Below are positions 12,120 to 23,188 of a stretch of DNA of 64,000 nucleotides, one piece after another; position 1 is the first letter of the stretch; the number at the start of each line of letters is the position of its first letter. The stretch comes from Histomonas meleagridis 2922-C6/04-290x. Its lineage: Eukaryota > Protista > Parabasalia. The notes under the pieces are model-generated. The model did not search any database. It saw only the letters and a list, made by a program, of their open reading frames with translations, and was not told the origin of the DNA. The translations under genes and the position numbers were made by a program. The stretch covers positions 419,450 to 483,449 of the forward strand of contig JAANOX010000241.1 in assembly GCA_020184695.1 (NCBI GenBank), read 5' to 3'.

Positions 12120-14276
12120 TTATGAATTTTCGTAAAGAATGTTGACAGCTCCAGTGACTTCGTTCTTACAATAAGGACAAACTTTTAGCGTATTAACTCG
12201 TTCTTTCAAGCAAATTTCGCATACACATAGGTGACCACATGGAAGCATTGCTGCAACAGCAGTTCTTCTTTTACAGCACAAACAAAATGACTCTCTTAAT
12301 TCTGATTGTGACATTAAAGGTTTGTTGTTTTGTCCGAAAATTGTACCAGCTACATATTCATCAGTTTTCACTTCTTCTTTTTGTTCATCACGTTCAGCAG
12401 CCAACGCCTTCATATATTTCGAAAATGTTAGTTTCACTCCTTGAGTTGGATTTAATCCCTTATCATTTACACATCTTATATCAGCACCTGCTTTAATTAA
12501 TGCTTCCACAACTTTTTTATCCATCTTTAAAGCGGCTAAATGTAATGGAGTATTTTTAGCTGAATCAGTTACATTTAAAGGTGCGCCTGCCTCAATTAAC
12601 ATATTAACCATTTTCAAGTTACATAAGTCGGATGAAATGTGAAGTGGTGTTTGACCGTTATTATCCTGCACGGAGACGTTAACTTTGTACGATAGGAGGG
12701 CTTCCATGAATTTTTCTTGTTGCGTTTTGGCAGAGATGTGAAGTGGTGTTTGACCGTTAGCATCGGTTATGTTCATATCTGCACCAGAATCAAATAGCTT
12801 TTGAAGAACGTCAAGATGGCTTGAAATAACAGCTCTACTAACAGGACAATTACCGTCTTTATCTTTCCCGTTAAGGTTTGCATGATTTTCAATAAACAAA
12901 TTTACAAGTTCAATATCACCGCAAGTTGTTGCCAAATGTAAAGGAGTTTCTCTCATTTGATTTTGCGAATTAACATCAGCGCCACCATTAATTAAAAGTT
13001 TAGCAACTTCTACAGCATTACGAGTTGCGCATAAGTGTAATGGCGTATTTCCATCCTTAGCAGCAGCATTTGTAGCAGCGCCGGAACTTAATAAAATATT
13101 TACTATTGGAACATTAATGATTTCAACAGCATAATGTAATGGCGTTTTTCCTAATTCATCTTTGGCATTTACATCGCAATTTTTTTCTGTTAAAAACTTC
13201 ACCATATCAATTTTTTCGAGTTCCACTGCTAAGTGTAAAGGCGTTTTTTGATGTTCTCCTTTAGCATCGATGTTCACAGAATGCTCAACAAGAAAGTTTG
13301 CTACATCTTGATGACCTTCTTTCACTGCGTAATGGAGAGAAATATTTCCATTTGCATCAGACGCATTTAAGTCTGCTAACGCTTTTTGAAGAGCCATCAA
13401 AATTTCAATTGAGCCACTTGCGCATGCTAAATGAATTGGCATTACGCCGGACTCATTCGGCTCATTTACTGGCGCTCCTTGTACAGAGCAGACAGGAATT
13501 ATGTTCGCATGTCCTCCTTCGGCTGCAAGATGTACAATCGTGGAACCATCTTTTGTTCGAGCTTGCGATGAGGCGCCAAGTTTAAGGAGCGTTTCGAGAA
13601 TCTTTGGTTCGCCAAGTTTGGCCGCTATAAGAGCTGGTGTAAGACCTTCGTTATCGGCAAGATTCCAATTAACCCCATATTTTTTATTGCCTAGAAACTT
13701 GACCATATCAACACTACGGTAATAGATTGAAAGATGGGCAATGGATTGGCCTGCATTGTTTTGAAGATTTAAGGGTGGATTGAAATTACAAAACAATTGA
13801 AGAAGACCTGTGACTTTGTTAACCATGGTATAATGAAGTGGAGTGTTCCCATCTTTGTCTTGGGCATTAATTGGGGCTTTAGCTTTGAGTAGTAAATCAC
13901 ATGTTTTCTTCATACCTTTAATGGCTGCATGATGAAGAACATTTCGGCCATCATTATCTACATTGCTAATCGGGAATTTTTGTTTGTATAAAGGAAAAAC
14001 AAGTGAATCTAAATCATTATCAATTGCAAACATCATTATATCACATCCATTACTATCTCTACGTGCCATGTTGAATTTAGAATGAATAATGGAAAGAGCA
14101 ATGTCCTTTTGACGGCATTTAACAGCATAAAAGAGTGGTGTTAATCCTTCTTCATTTTCGTCTTTAAGTGTATATCCATTTTTAAGTGATTCTTTGAAAC
14201 CTCCAAGATCACCTTTTTTAATGGCATCCCAAATAGTTAAAGGTTCATTTTCTGTTTTTGGTTCTTCCATCTGCAA
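12120..14276 (-). CDS. Ankyrin-repeat protein with C-terminal C3HC4 RING (putative E3 ligase)
   Basis: Many uninterrupted 33-aa repeats (GxTPLHxA; 99-nt period, e.g. 12639/12738) and CLCC...PCGHLCVCEIC...CPYC. Confidence 0.9.
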   Translation of the reverse strand: MQMEEPKTENEPLTIWDAIKKGDLGGFKESLKNGYTLKDENEEGLTPLFYAVKCRQKDIALSIIHSKFNMARRDSNGCDIMMFAIDNDLDSLVFPLYKQKFPISNVDNDGRNVLHHAAIKGMKKTCDLLLKAKAPINAQDKDGNTPLHYTMVNKVTGLLQLFCNFNPPLNLQNNAGQSIAHLSIYYRSVDMVKFLGNKKYGVNWNLADNEGLTPALIAAKLGEPKILETLLKLGASSQARTKDGSTIVHLAAEGGHANIIPVCSVQGAPVNEPNESGVMPIHLACASGSIEILMALQKALADLNASDANGNISLHYAVKEGHQDVANFLVEHSVNIDAKGEHQKTPLHLAVELEKIDMVKFLTEKNCDVNAKDELGKTPLHYAVEIINVPIVNILLSSGAATNAAAKDGNTPLHLCATRNAVEVAKLLINGGADVNSQNQMRETPLHLATTCGDIELVNLFIENHANLNGKDKDGNCPVSRAVISSHLDVLQKLFDSGADMNITDANGQTPLHISAKTQQEKFMEALLSYKVNVSVQDNNGQTPLHISSDLCNLKMVNMLIEAGAPLNVTDSAKNTPLHLAALKMDKKVVEALIKAGADIRCVNDKGLNPTQGVKLTFSKYMKALAAERDEQKEEVKTDEYVAGTIFGQNNKPLMSQSELRESFCLCCKRRTAVAAMLPCGHLCVCEICLKERVNTLKVCPYCKNEVTGAVNILYENS

Positions 14277-14400
14277 TGTTTAAATGTACGTTTCTTCTTT
14301 TAATAGTTTACATTAAAAGTATATTTAAACGTACATTATAAAAAATTCAAATTTAAAAAAATGTGAGCATTTGGAAATAATAATATTTTACTGACAACAA

Positions 14401-14697
14401 TTATTCTGTATTATGATTTGTTGTATCAACATTATTTTGTGTTTCAGGTTCATTTGGATTATTTTTAATTAGAAACATTGCTAAACTTTCAACGGGATCT
14501 TCTGGCCTTTCTTTAACAATCCAAGAAATCCCTTCTAATAAAAGTGGAATAACAGTTGCTTCCAGATATTCTTGTTTTGGAAGTGATCTAACAGGAATAG
14601 CATCCTGTAAATCTAAAGCAAGTTTTTCTAATCTTTCTGTTTCCTCAAGGTCATCTTGAAATTCTGGTTCTTCAAGAATTGATTCTTCTTCGCTCAT
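14401..14697 (-). CDS. Dpy-30 motif protein
   Basis: LPKQEYLEATVIPLLLEGISWIVKERPEDPVESLAMFLIKNNP matches the Dpy-30 dimerisation motif; ATG at 14697. Confidence 0.85.
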   Translation of the reverse strand: MSEEESILEEPEFQDDLEETERLEKLALDLQDAIPVRSLPKQEYLEATVIPLLLEGISWIVKERPEDPVESLAMFLIKNNPNEPETQNNVDTTNHNTE

Positions 14698-14765
14698 TTT
14701 TTTCCCTCCTAAATGACAGTTTTGACTCAAATAGAAAACGTTTATTTTATTCAACAAATTTTAAA

Positions 14766-15350
14766 ATGAGTTCAAATTTTAATATTTCAGTGATTGGAGA
14801 TACGACTGTAGGAAAAACATGTATTGCTAATGCAATCCTTAAAAAGCAATTTGATGATCAATTTGTGCCAACAATTGGTGCATCAATGTTTAAAGCGATT
14901 TATGATAATTCAGGGATAACAGAAACTTTCTATATTTGGGATACTGCAGGTATGGAAAAATATCGAGCATTAGCACCTATTTATTATAGAGATTCAGTAG
15001 CCGCTATAGTTGTATATGATGTAACAAAACGCAACACTTTTGAAGGATTAAGTGATTGGATTAAATCATATCATGAATCTGCTGGCGAAAGTGCTCCAAT
15101 TCTTATCGTTGGCAATAAAATTGATCTTGAAGATCGAAAAGTCCAATCTGATGAAGGTTGTGATTTTGCTCAACAAAACAATTGTAAATTTCTTGAAGTA
15201 TCAGCTAAAACAGGTGTTGGCATTGAAAATATCTTACCTATACTTAGTCAACTTCTTTCATCTATTGATTTTGGAGATGAATATCTTGCTAAAAAAGAAG
15301 AAGCCCAAGTGCTTGATGAGGCACCCCAAACCAAAAAGTGCTGTAATTAG
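14766..15350 (+). CDS. Rab family small GTPase (Rab5/21/22-like)
   Basis: GDTTVGKT, WDTAGMEKYRALAPIYYR, GNKIDL, EVSAK and the C-terminal CCN prenylation motif; ATG at 14766. Confidence 0.92.
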   Translation: MSSNFNISVIGDTTVGKTCIANAILKKQFDDQFVPTIGASMFKAIYDNSGITETFYIWDTAGMEKYRALAPIYYRDSVAAIVVYDVTKRNTFEGLSDWIKSYHESAGESAPILIVGNKIDLEDRKVQSDEGCDFAQQNNCKFLEVSAKTGVGIENILPILSQLLSSIDFGDEYLAKKEEAQVLDEAPQTKKCCN

Positions 15351-15383
15351 AAATAAACATTTGAAATTTGTTTTTAAATTTTA

Positions 15384-15809
15384 ATGAGCAGCAAACAGAA
15401 AATGGAACGATTTTTAGCTTCCTTAAAATATCGAACAGTCAATGAAATCAATGCTCGAAATCGAATTAAAAAGGAAAAAATCAATCTTGAAGAAGATTTT
15501 AATAATATCAAATCTTCTACTTCTACTATTCTTTTTCGACGTCATTCACTACCACAACGCCCTATTCATATACATGTAATTAACAACAAAAAAGTTAATA
15601 CTACAGAAAATGTTAAACCTAAATATGTTCCAGCATCACCTTATCCACTTCCTATGTTACCAGCATCAATTAAAGCTACGCCACCCAGTCAAGTAGCGAC
15701 TCGTACGTATAAATTATCACAACTTCGACCAACTCCAAATCAAATTGAATTCTCAAATCAAATCGACATCACACCAATTCCAGATATTTCCATAACCAAA
15801 CTTACCTAA
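15384..15809 (+). CDS. Hypothetical basic, Pro-rich 141-aa protein
   Basis: ATG-started ORF filling the gap between Rab and VPS8-like genes; no motif recognised. Confidence 0.55.
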   Translation: MSSKQKMERFLASLKYRTVNEINARNRIKKEKINLEEDFNNIKSSTSTILFRRHSLPQRPIHIHVINNKKVNTTENVKPKYVPASPYPLPMLPASIKATPPSQVATRTYKLSQLRPTPNQIEFSNQIDITPIPDISITKLT

Positions 15810-15831
15810 GATTATTATTTATTTTACTCAT

Positions 15832-18800
15832 CTAAGTTGTTTTCACAAGTGTATATTCTTTATCAGCTATCACAAGTTCTTCCAAATTTGTTAATTTCTT
15901 TTTTGTATTTTCATTATTTGTATTTTGGTTTTGACTTTGATAATCGAAGAACGTTGCCTTCATTTTTGTTATATTATCTTCGTCATTATTAAAGTTACGT
16001 TTTAATGCGAAGTCCATTCTTCTCATTAATTGTTGTACTCTTCTTGTTGATAATTTTTTCGGTGCACCATCATCATTAAATATGTTAATATTCTTTCGAT
16101 GTTTTTTGTTCGTTTTTGTACATATTGGACATTTTTTCTTATTGTTAATACAATTTTGATGGAATATATGTCCACACGGGAAAATATCGATTTTTTCCCC
16201 AAAGTTATGAGAGTATGTTGATCTTTTACATACGCCACATAAATTCGAAACAACTTCGGTACCTTTAGTTGATTGTATATACACTCTTTCGATTAAGTTT
16301 AAGCAATCAGATGTTAATAATTCCCCTAAACCTCTTAAAATGTTTTTTCTATAAGTGATTTGACTATATATGTTTTGAACAGCTTCATTATAAATACTTG
16401 TTTTTAATCCTGTGAAATGTAATGTCAAGATACAAAACACATGATAAACAAATTGTTCATCAGTTGATATATTTAATGACCCATAAATGAAATAAGCAAA
16501 TATTAATGCCGTCGTTTGTGATATATTATCTTTTGCAAATTGTGAATGATAAAGTGGGAATTGGAAACTTAAACAAACTTTTTGATATCTTTTTTCATGT
16601 CCTTGTTCTTTAGTTTCTTGTAATAAAGTTAAAGCTGTTCGGACGACTTCCATACAATATTCTATTTCTTTATAATCATTAAGTTCTTCAATGTTTTTAG
16701 GCGAGATATTACTATCAGATTCTATAAATTCTAATAATGTACGTTCTATTTCATACCCAATTTGTTCAACTGCTTCTTGATATTGTTGTCGATAAATTTT
16801 GATTTGGATTTGACAATCAATGTTATTTCGACTAATTTGTTGTACTTCATCAAGATCTATTTGTGATATATATTTTTGTAAGAATTTAGACGCTTCTTGT
16901 GATGAATATGTTAATAATAATTTAAAGATTAATACGAGCCAATGTTGTTTAATTGATACATTATTAATATAATTAAGTAATGAATCTAAATATAAAAGTT
17001 TTTGTTTTTGTGGTAATAATTCAATAATTTCATCATGTAAACTTGGAAAATATTTATTAATAATTGTTGCAGTTTTATTTGAGTCATATAATACTAATAA
17101 TGTAATGTTCGAAATTATGGCTATTCGCATTTCATCATAATCTTTAATATATTGTTCAATAAAATCAAATACTATTGGTCGTGATTCTTTATGTTTGATT
17201 AACATATTAATGATTTTAGAATATGATTTAGTTGGTAAATATCGATCCATAATAACATCAATAAAACCTGCTTGTTCACATAATTCTTGTAACTTATCTT
17301 TAGGTATCATATTTGGATATTCTTCGATTAACGCGTTTAAATAATTTTGACGTAATAATGCGGGTTGTGATGATTCAAATATCCATCTTATTATATGTTT
17401 AATAGAATCTTTACTAAGTTTATATTGGATTGTAATGATGAATGGTATAATTTTACTAATAATTGATTCTATTTGTGCAAATTTTTCATCATTAATTACT
17501 TGTAATACTGCTTCAATTAAATGTTCAATTCTTAATGTATTATTCGGTGAAATATGTAATGGTAATATTCGGATAAGTGAATCAATGAATAAATTTGCGT
17601 TATTAAAGTTATGTGAAAAATATGATTTTAATCGTAGATATTTACCTGCTTCATTAGGCTTCATAAGCCAAATGATTGTATATAAACGTAATATTAATTT
17701 GTTTTCAATTTTTATGTCTTTTCCGAATAATTTATCAATGAAATTATATAAATGTTCTTGATCTTTGATTAATGAATATGCAATTATAGTTTTTTCGGGA
17801 TCATTTTTTAATATTTTCTCTAATAATGTATAAAGTTCATATTTAATTGATATAGGTAAAAGTTTTTGTGTTGTTTCTTCACCAATATTATGTGTAGATA
17901 ATTTATTTTCATATTCTTTTAATTTATTAATTGTGTTTAAATATTCAAAATAATTTATAAGAAATTCTTCATTACAATAATCAATAATTATTGTGCTACT
18001 ATTAAATATTGCATCATAAAAGATATCAATCTTTTCTTTATCTTTAAATAATTTATATATTTCGTTTAATAAAAATTCATAAAAATCTAATGATATAATT
18101 GTGTAGATTAAAAATATTAAATTATTTAAAATGATATCTCGATCTTGTTTAAAAGAATCTTCTAAATAATTAAATGATATTTGTTGGAACAGTTCAAACG
18201 TTTTAATACGCCTTAACGATGAATTTGTTGGGACTCCTACAAAATTTTGTTGAATCCCTAAACAAATTTCGGTTAGGTGATTAAATGCCTTTGAAAAATC
18301 TCCGTTTTGAGCAAAGCCGATAATTAATTCGTCGTATGGAAGAAATGAAAAGGAATATAATCCACTACGAACAGAAACAAGAATCTTTTGGTTGTAGCAA
18401 TGCGTATCATGTGCTTGATTAAAAATTTCGGTTAATTTCTCGGATTTGCTTTGACAAATTAATTCACCACTAATGGTCATTAACGTCATTACATCATTGT
18501 ATGTTATGCAAGAAAGAAGTGTAGGCGAAAGAAATTCAAATGATGCAATTTCTTCATCATTTTTTTCTTTCTTGGAAAAAAATTTCATGTTTTGTGGAGA
18601 TGTCATTTGATATATTTCAATGAGATTAAGCGATGTTATTGATACATAAATGTTTTTATTGTTTGGTTGCAATGCAATTTGAGAATTTGGGGGTGAAGAT
18701 GATTCCTTGATAATAAACGTCTTTGTACCATCCGGATCAAAAATTACATACTTGGTCCCAAAGACAATAAAACCAATTGAAAATGGTGAATTAACTGGTG

Positions 18801-19290
18801 ATAAGATTAATTGGGAAACTTTTGATTTGCCTTCGTAAACAAGTACCTCTTTGAATTTTAATACTTTAAGCACATATGACATACGAATAATAGTTACCAT
18901 ACCTGCTAAATCTGCAACAAAAATATTGTTTTGGCTCATGTCGAATTTAACATGAGAAATGGGTGAACTGTGCATTTTATTGTGCTCTTTTGCTAACAAA
19001 TAGCCTTTTTGAATTGACCAAAGAATAACTGATCCATCTTCATGTCCTGTAACAACATATTTCATGTCAGCAGAAATATCTATACAACATGGGCTTGATT
19101 TTGTTTTTGGTTTGCCGCTGAAAGTTTTGATTTCAGCTGTATCAAGATTATAAATTATTGGATAAAATTGATCTGTTACAAAAACAAAATTTGGACCACT
19201 ATTTGCAGAACCAATGATTGTTTTTATGTTTTCTTTGCACATGTATTTTTTGAGTGGTTCACATTCATTTATAGAAATCTCTGATTCCAT
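15832..19290 (-). CDS. VPS8: VPS8-like CORVET subunit (WD40 propeller, alpha-solenoid, RING-H2)
   Basis: N-terminal WD40-like VTGHEDGSVILWSI, long helical middle, and C-terminal CGVC...IFPCGHIFHQNC...CPIC. This architecture fits the Vps8/Vps41 family. Confidence 0.65.
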   Translation of the reverse strand: MESEISINECEPLKKYMCKENIKTIIGSANSGPNFVFVTDQFYPIIYNLDTAEIKTFSGKPKTKSSPCCIDISADMKYVVTGHEDGSVILWSIQKGYLLAKEHNKMHSSPISHVKFDMSQNNIFVADLAGMVTIIRMSYVLKVLKFKEVLVYEGKSKVSQLILSPVNSPFSIGFIVFGTKYVIFDPDGTKTFIIKESSSPPNSQIALQPNNKNIYVSITSLNLIEIYQMTSPQNMKFFSKKEKNDEEIASFEFLSPTLLSCITYNDVMTLMTISGELICQSKSEKLTEIFNQAHDTHCYNQKILVSVRSGLYSFSFLPYDELIIGFAQNGDFSKAFNHLTEICLGIQQNFVGVPTNSSLRRIKTFELFQQISFNYLEDSFKQDRDIILNNLIFLIYTIISLDFYEFLLNEIYKLFKDKEKIDIFYDAIFNSSTIIIDYCNEEFLINYFEYLNTINKLKEYENKLSTHNIGEETTQKLLPISIKYELYTLLEKILKNDPEKTIIAYSLIKDQEHLYNFIDKLFGKDIKIENKLILRLYTIIWLMKPNEAGKYLRLKSYFSHNFNNANLFIDSLIRILPLHISPNNTLRIEHLIEAVLQVINDEKFAQIESIISKIIPFIITIQYKLSKDSIKHIIRWIFESSQPALLRQNYLNALIEEYPNMIPKDKLQELCEQAGFIDVIMDRYLPTKSYSKIINMLIKHKESRPIVFDFIEQYIKDYDEMRIAIISNITLLVLYDSNKTATIINKYFPSLHDEIIELLPQKQKLLYLDSLLNYINNVSIKQHWLVLIFKLLLTYSSQEASKFLQKYISQIDLDEVQQISRNNIDCQIQIKIYRQQYQEAVEQIGYEIERTLLEFIESDSNISPKNIEELNDYKEIEYCMEVVRTALTLLQETKEQGHEKRYQKVCLSFQFPLYHSQFAKDNISQTTALIFAYFIYGSLNISTDEQFVYHVFCILTLHFTGLKTSIYNEAVQNIYSQITYRKNILRGLGELLTSDCLNLIERVYIQSTKGTEVVSNLCGVCKRSTYSHNFGEKIDIFPCGHIFHQNCINNKKKCPICTKTNKKHRKNINIFNDDGAPKKLSTRRVQQLMRRMDFALKRNFNNDEDNITKMKATFFDYQSQNQNTNNENTKKKLTNLEELVIADKEYTLVKTT

Positions 19291-19739
19291 TGAGGTTGCA
19301 AGTATAGAAATTAGAATGGTTTATCTTAAATTTGAGGGCTTATTACAAAAATCGAAGATTTTGAATTACTTGGTTTGGGGAACACCATATTTTATGAGCA
19401 AAAAGTGAGAAGAATTGAGACGATAAACCACTGAAAAAAAAATCGCCTCGAGAAATCCAGAACCTCAATTTCAAACTTCTCTTAGTTGGTGATTAGAGCT
19501 CAAGAGGAAATTGAAGTGTCTTTCCATTCTGCTTTTGCAAGGATTCTCTAGCATGTTAATGAAAAAATGAATTCATGAAATATTGATTTTGATTTTCTAG
19601 AATCACAAAATGATTTTGAAATTACATTCATCAGCGATGTTGTTCCTTTATAATTAGCTGTTTTTTAAATATTATTTTTTATATCTTTTGATTATTTTAA
19701 GATATCTTAGTCAACGTTGACTGCGAACGTTTAATAAAA

Positions 19740-22560
19740 ATGGAATTGGAAAAAAAGTTAATTGAAGGAGAAATTGACATAAATAAATATTTAAACCTTA
19801 TAAATCAAGAACAAGTAAGTCAAACAATTACACGTATATCTTCTGATGTTAGTATGTACGAAATTATTTTTAAAGCATTATCAGAAAATTTCAAATATGA
19901 TATACAGATTTTGTTTGCTTCAGCTCTCAAAAGGCTTATAAAAAACACATTTAAAGAATTAAATGTTGAAACAAAAAATGCTGTTAAGAATTATATATTA
20001 CAAGTCTTAAGTTTAATTCATAACTATTTAATACAAGAAATTATTGTTGAATCAATAACACCAATACTTAACTCGCATGAAGAATGGCCTGAACTAATAA
20101 ATTTTGTTGTTAGTTTATTATCCACGCAAGATTCATTTAGTTTAGGCTTATTACTCATATCATTACTTATTCCATTTTTAAATTCGACATTTTTAAATCA
20201 AAACGAACAATTATTTTTAACATATATACAAAACTCATTTAATACAGATGATATGCATTTAAAGCATATTGCATTAAAATGTTTAGTTTCATTATCTAAA
20301 TATTCTAACATTGATATTAGTTCATTTAATGGAATAATTTTAAAATTTATTTGCGAATGTTTTTATATTTCTTATGAATGTTTTTCAGTATGTAATTTAT
20401 TATCAAAATTATTACGTGAAATCGAATTTAACCCCAAATGAAATATTACAATGTTTTTTTACTATTTCTAATGAAGAAAATATATCAATAACAAATAAAA
20501 TCGCTTTATTTATACCAATTAATATAATAATTGGTAAATTCGGTTCAAATTTTTCACAAGATTTCTTCCAAAGTATTTTGGATTTAGCTATTTCTCTTTC
20601 TTCTAAATTGTTTGATAATGAATGTTGTTATAATAACTTATCAACTTGTGTTAGTTTTAAGTTTTTAAGAAATTATAAAAAATATTTTTCAAACGAAAAT
20701 TTGTTTTGTTTTATTTTTAAATCATTAAAATATTCAAACTTTAATGAGTTGTTTTCTTCTTTGTTAGTAATATCAGAAATCACTGAAATCCTTTTTGTTG
20801 ATTTAAATCAATCATTTGAATTTCTTTTAAAATGTTTTCAAACACCAAATCATTCAATTAAAGAACTTGTTTTAGAAATTTTTGATGATTTAGTATTAGA
20901 TCAACGATTTTCTCAATTTAACATGAAATTATTAAATATATTAATCGAAGCAATCCAAATACCTCATGAAACAATACAAGAAAATGCAATGAAAGTTTTT
21001 GTTCGATTAATTTTTTCTTTAAAAATTGATATAAGTTTTATGGAAATAATATTAAATATACTTTTTGAAACATTTTGTAAAGGAAATATCGTAATACATA
21101 ATTTATCTATTATTGGATTTGCTGCATTTGTCGAATGTTTCCAAGAAAACGTTTTACCATTTTTTGACAAAATTTTCCCTTTACTTTTTGATAGCGCAAA
21201 GAAATTTGAATCGCGTTCAATTGAAGCGGTTTCATATTACTTGTATACATTTCCTAATTACACTGAATGTATAGTAAATACACTAGAATTATATGGTGTA
21301 TGTTTAAATACTAATCAGTATGAAATTGTTTCATCAACAATTTGGAGTTTATGTAAATTATCATCAAAAAGAATTAATGAAATTATAAATTGTTTACCAT
21401 TTATAATAACGAAAATTAAACAATTTTTATTAGGTGATGAATTTAGTATTAAAGAAAATAATATTGATATTCAAATTAAAGTCTTAAAATTAATTCGAAT
21501 TTTGTCAATGAATTATTTAATTCAACAATTATTTGAAGAAATCGAAAAAATATTAATAGAATATATAAACAAAATAAAAATAATTACAAAACATATTGAA
21601 AAGACATTAAAAATTTTTATATTAAAATATCCAAAATCATTAATTGTTTTCTTTGAAATGTTACAAAATGATTCGAAAATATTTCAAATTTTTGATTTTT
21701 TACTAAAAAATAATTTAGAAATTCCACCAGAAATATTTAATAAATTGCTTCAAAACGCTTTTGTTTCATTAAATGATTTCAACAATTTTAAAGTTTTTAA
21801 TTTGTTAAATACAATTTTAACAAAATTTCAAATAAATTTTCCAATTAATGAATTTGTTTTAATTGTTGAAAAGTTTAAATCCGAAATTAATCATAAAATA
21901 TCAACAAAAATAATTTTGATTTATTTGACTTATTTTTATAAATATTCAACAAAACAAATAGCAAATGAAAATATTATAAAAATTTTAAACTTTTCTTTAA
22001 ACTCAATAAAATTTTGTGATTTTTCTATTCGTCCAATTCCACTTCAATTTGTTACATTTTTAATAACGCAAAGTTTTCAACTTCCGAATGAATTATTCGA
22101 ACTAATTTATAATTATTCAATGGAAATGTTTTCAAAAGAATATAAAAATGATTATAAATATTACTTCGAAACAATTTATGAAATTATTACATTAATATTG
22201 TCAATTATTATATATTGTCCACAAATTTCATCAAAATTTTATGTCTTTCTACAAAAGGCTTTCGATTATTTACCACCAAAAATTAAGTACAATGTAAATA
22301 ATTTGTATCAATTGATTCCATTTTTGGCAAAAACACAATTTTTCGTTACATGCCAAAATCTTATACCAAAATTCTTCGAAATGCTTTTGAATACTATAAA
22401 ATTAAAAGAAAGTCTTTTAGAAATTGGAATCGATTTCACATTGCAACAAAATATTATTGATCTTGCTAAAAAAATTTATTCATCAAGTGATTGGATTAAA
22501 GAAATGACAGAACAAATATTGGGAAATGATAATGAATTATTGCAACTATTTAAGAATTAG
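19740..22560 (+). CDS. Importin-beta-family HEAT-repeat protein split by a +1 frameshift
   Basis: ORF 19740-20441 has an IBN_N-like LFASALKRLIK...EEWPEL; ORF 20374-22560 continues with HEAT-like helices in the +1 frame; the ORFs overlap by 68 nt. Confidence 0.6.
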
Positions 22561-23188
22561 TTTGTAATTATTTAAAGTTGTGTTAATGCAACATATTAAA
22601 TATTTAATAATTTGATGTTGTTAACCCATAGATCTATGAGAAGGCTGGTGTCAAAATCTATGCATCTTGCAGCTAAAAAAATCGTTTTATATATATATAT
22701 TTCTCTTTAAACATAAGAAAAATAATTTGGTTCTTGATTTCGCTTCGAGAATCGAAAAATTCGAAATAGAAGGTATTATAATCGATTATCTGATCATTTG
22801 GGTGTAGAATCTCGTGTTATATTCAATATATAATTCAGTAATTTAGACTTAATGAACATATAAAAAAAAACTTTTCTACACTCAATTTCTATTTGTTTGG
22901 ATTGTTCCAATTTTATTAAAATGTTTAATAATTTACATTGTGCTTTTGAAATAATGTTTGGGTATGTATTACATGAAAAGATTTAAAAAAGAAATTTAAA
23001 ATATCATCAAAGAGAATAACTCCTTTATTATCAATTTTGGAAAAATAAACCATTTGAATAATTAATTATTATGAACTACTTCACACTAAAATAGCATTGT
23101 TTATGTATTTGCGTTTTACTAAATTAAATTTGAACTTTAAATAAAAAGATTTTATACTTTTTTTAGATTTTGAAACAAGATTTCCGCA

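Noticed and set aside
20388-20476. Possible canonical intron GTATGT...CTAATGAAG
   Set aside because: Donor is phase 0 and acceptor phase 1, so splicing would not join the two ORFs in frame.
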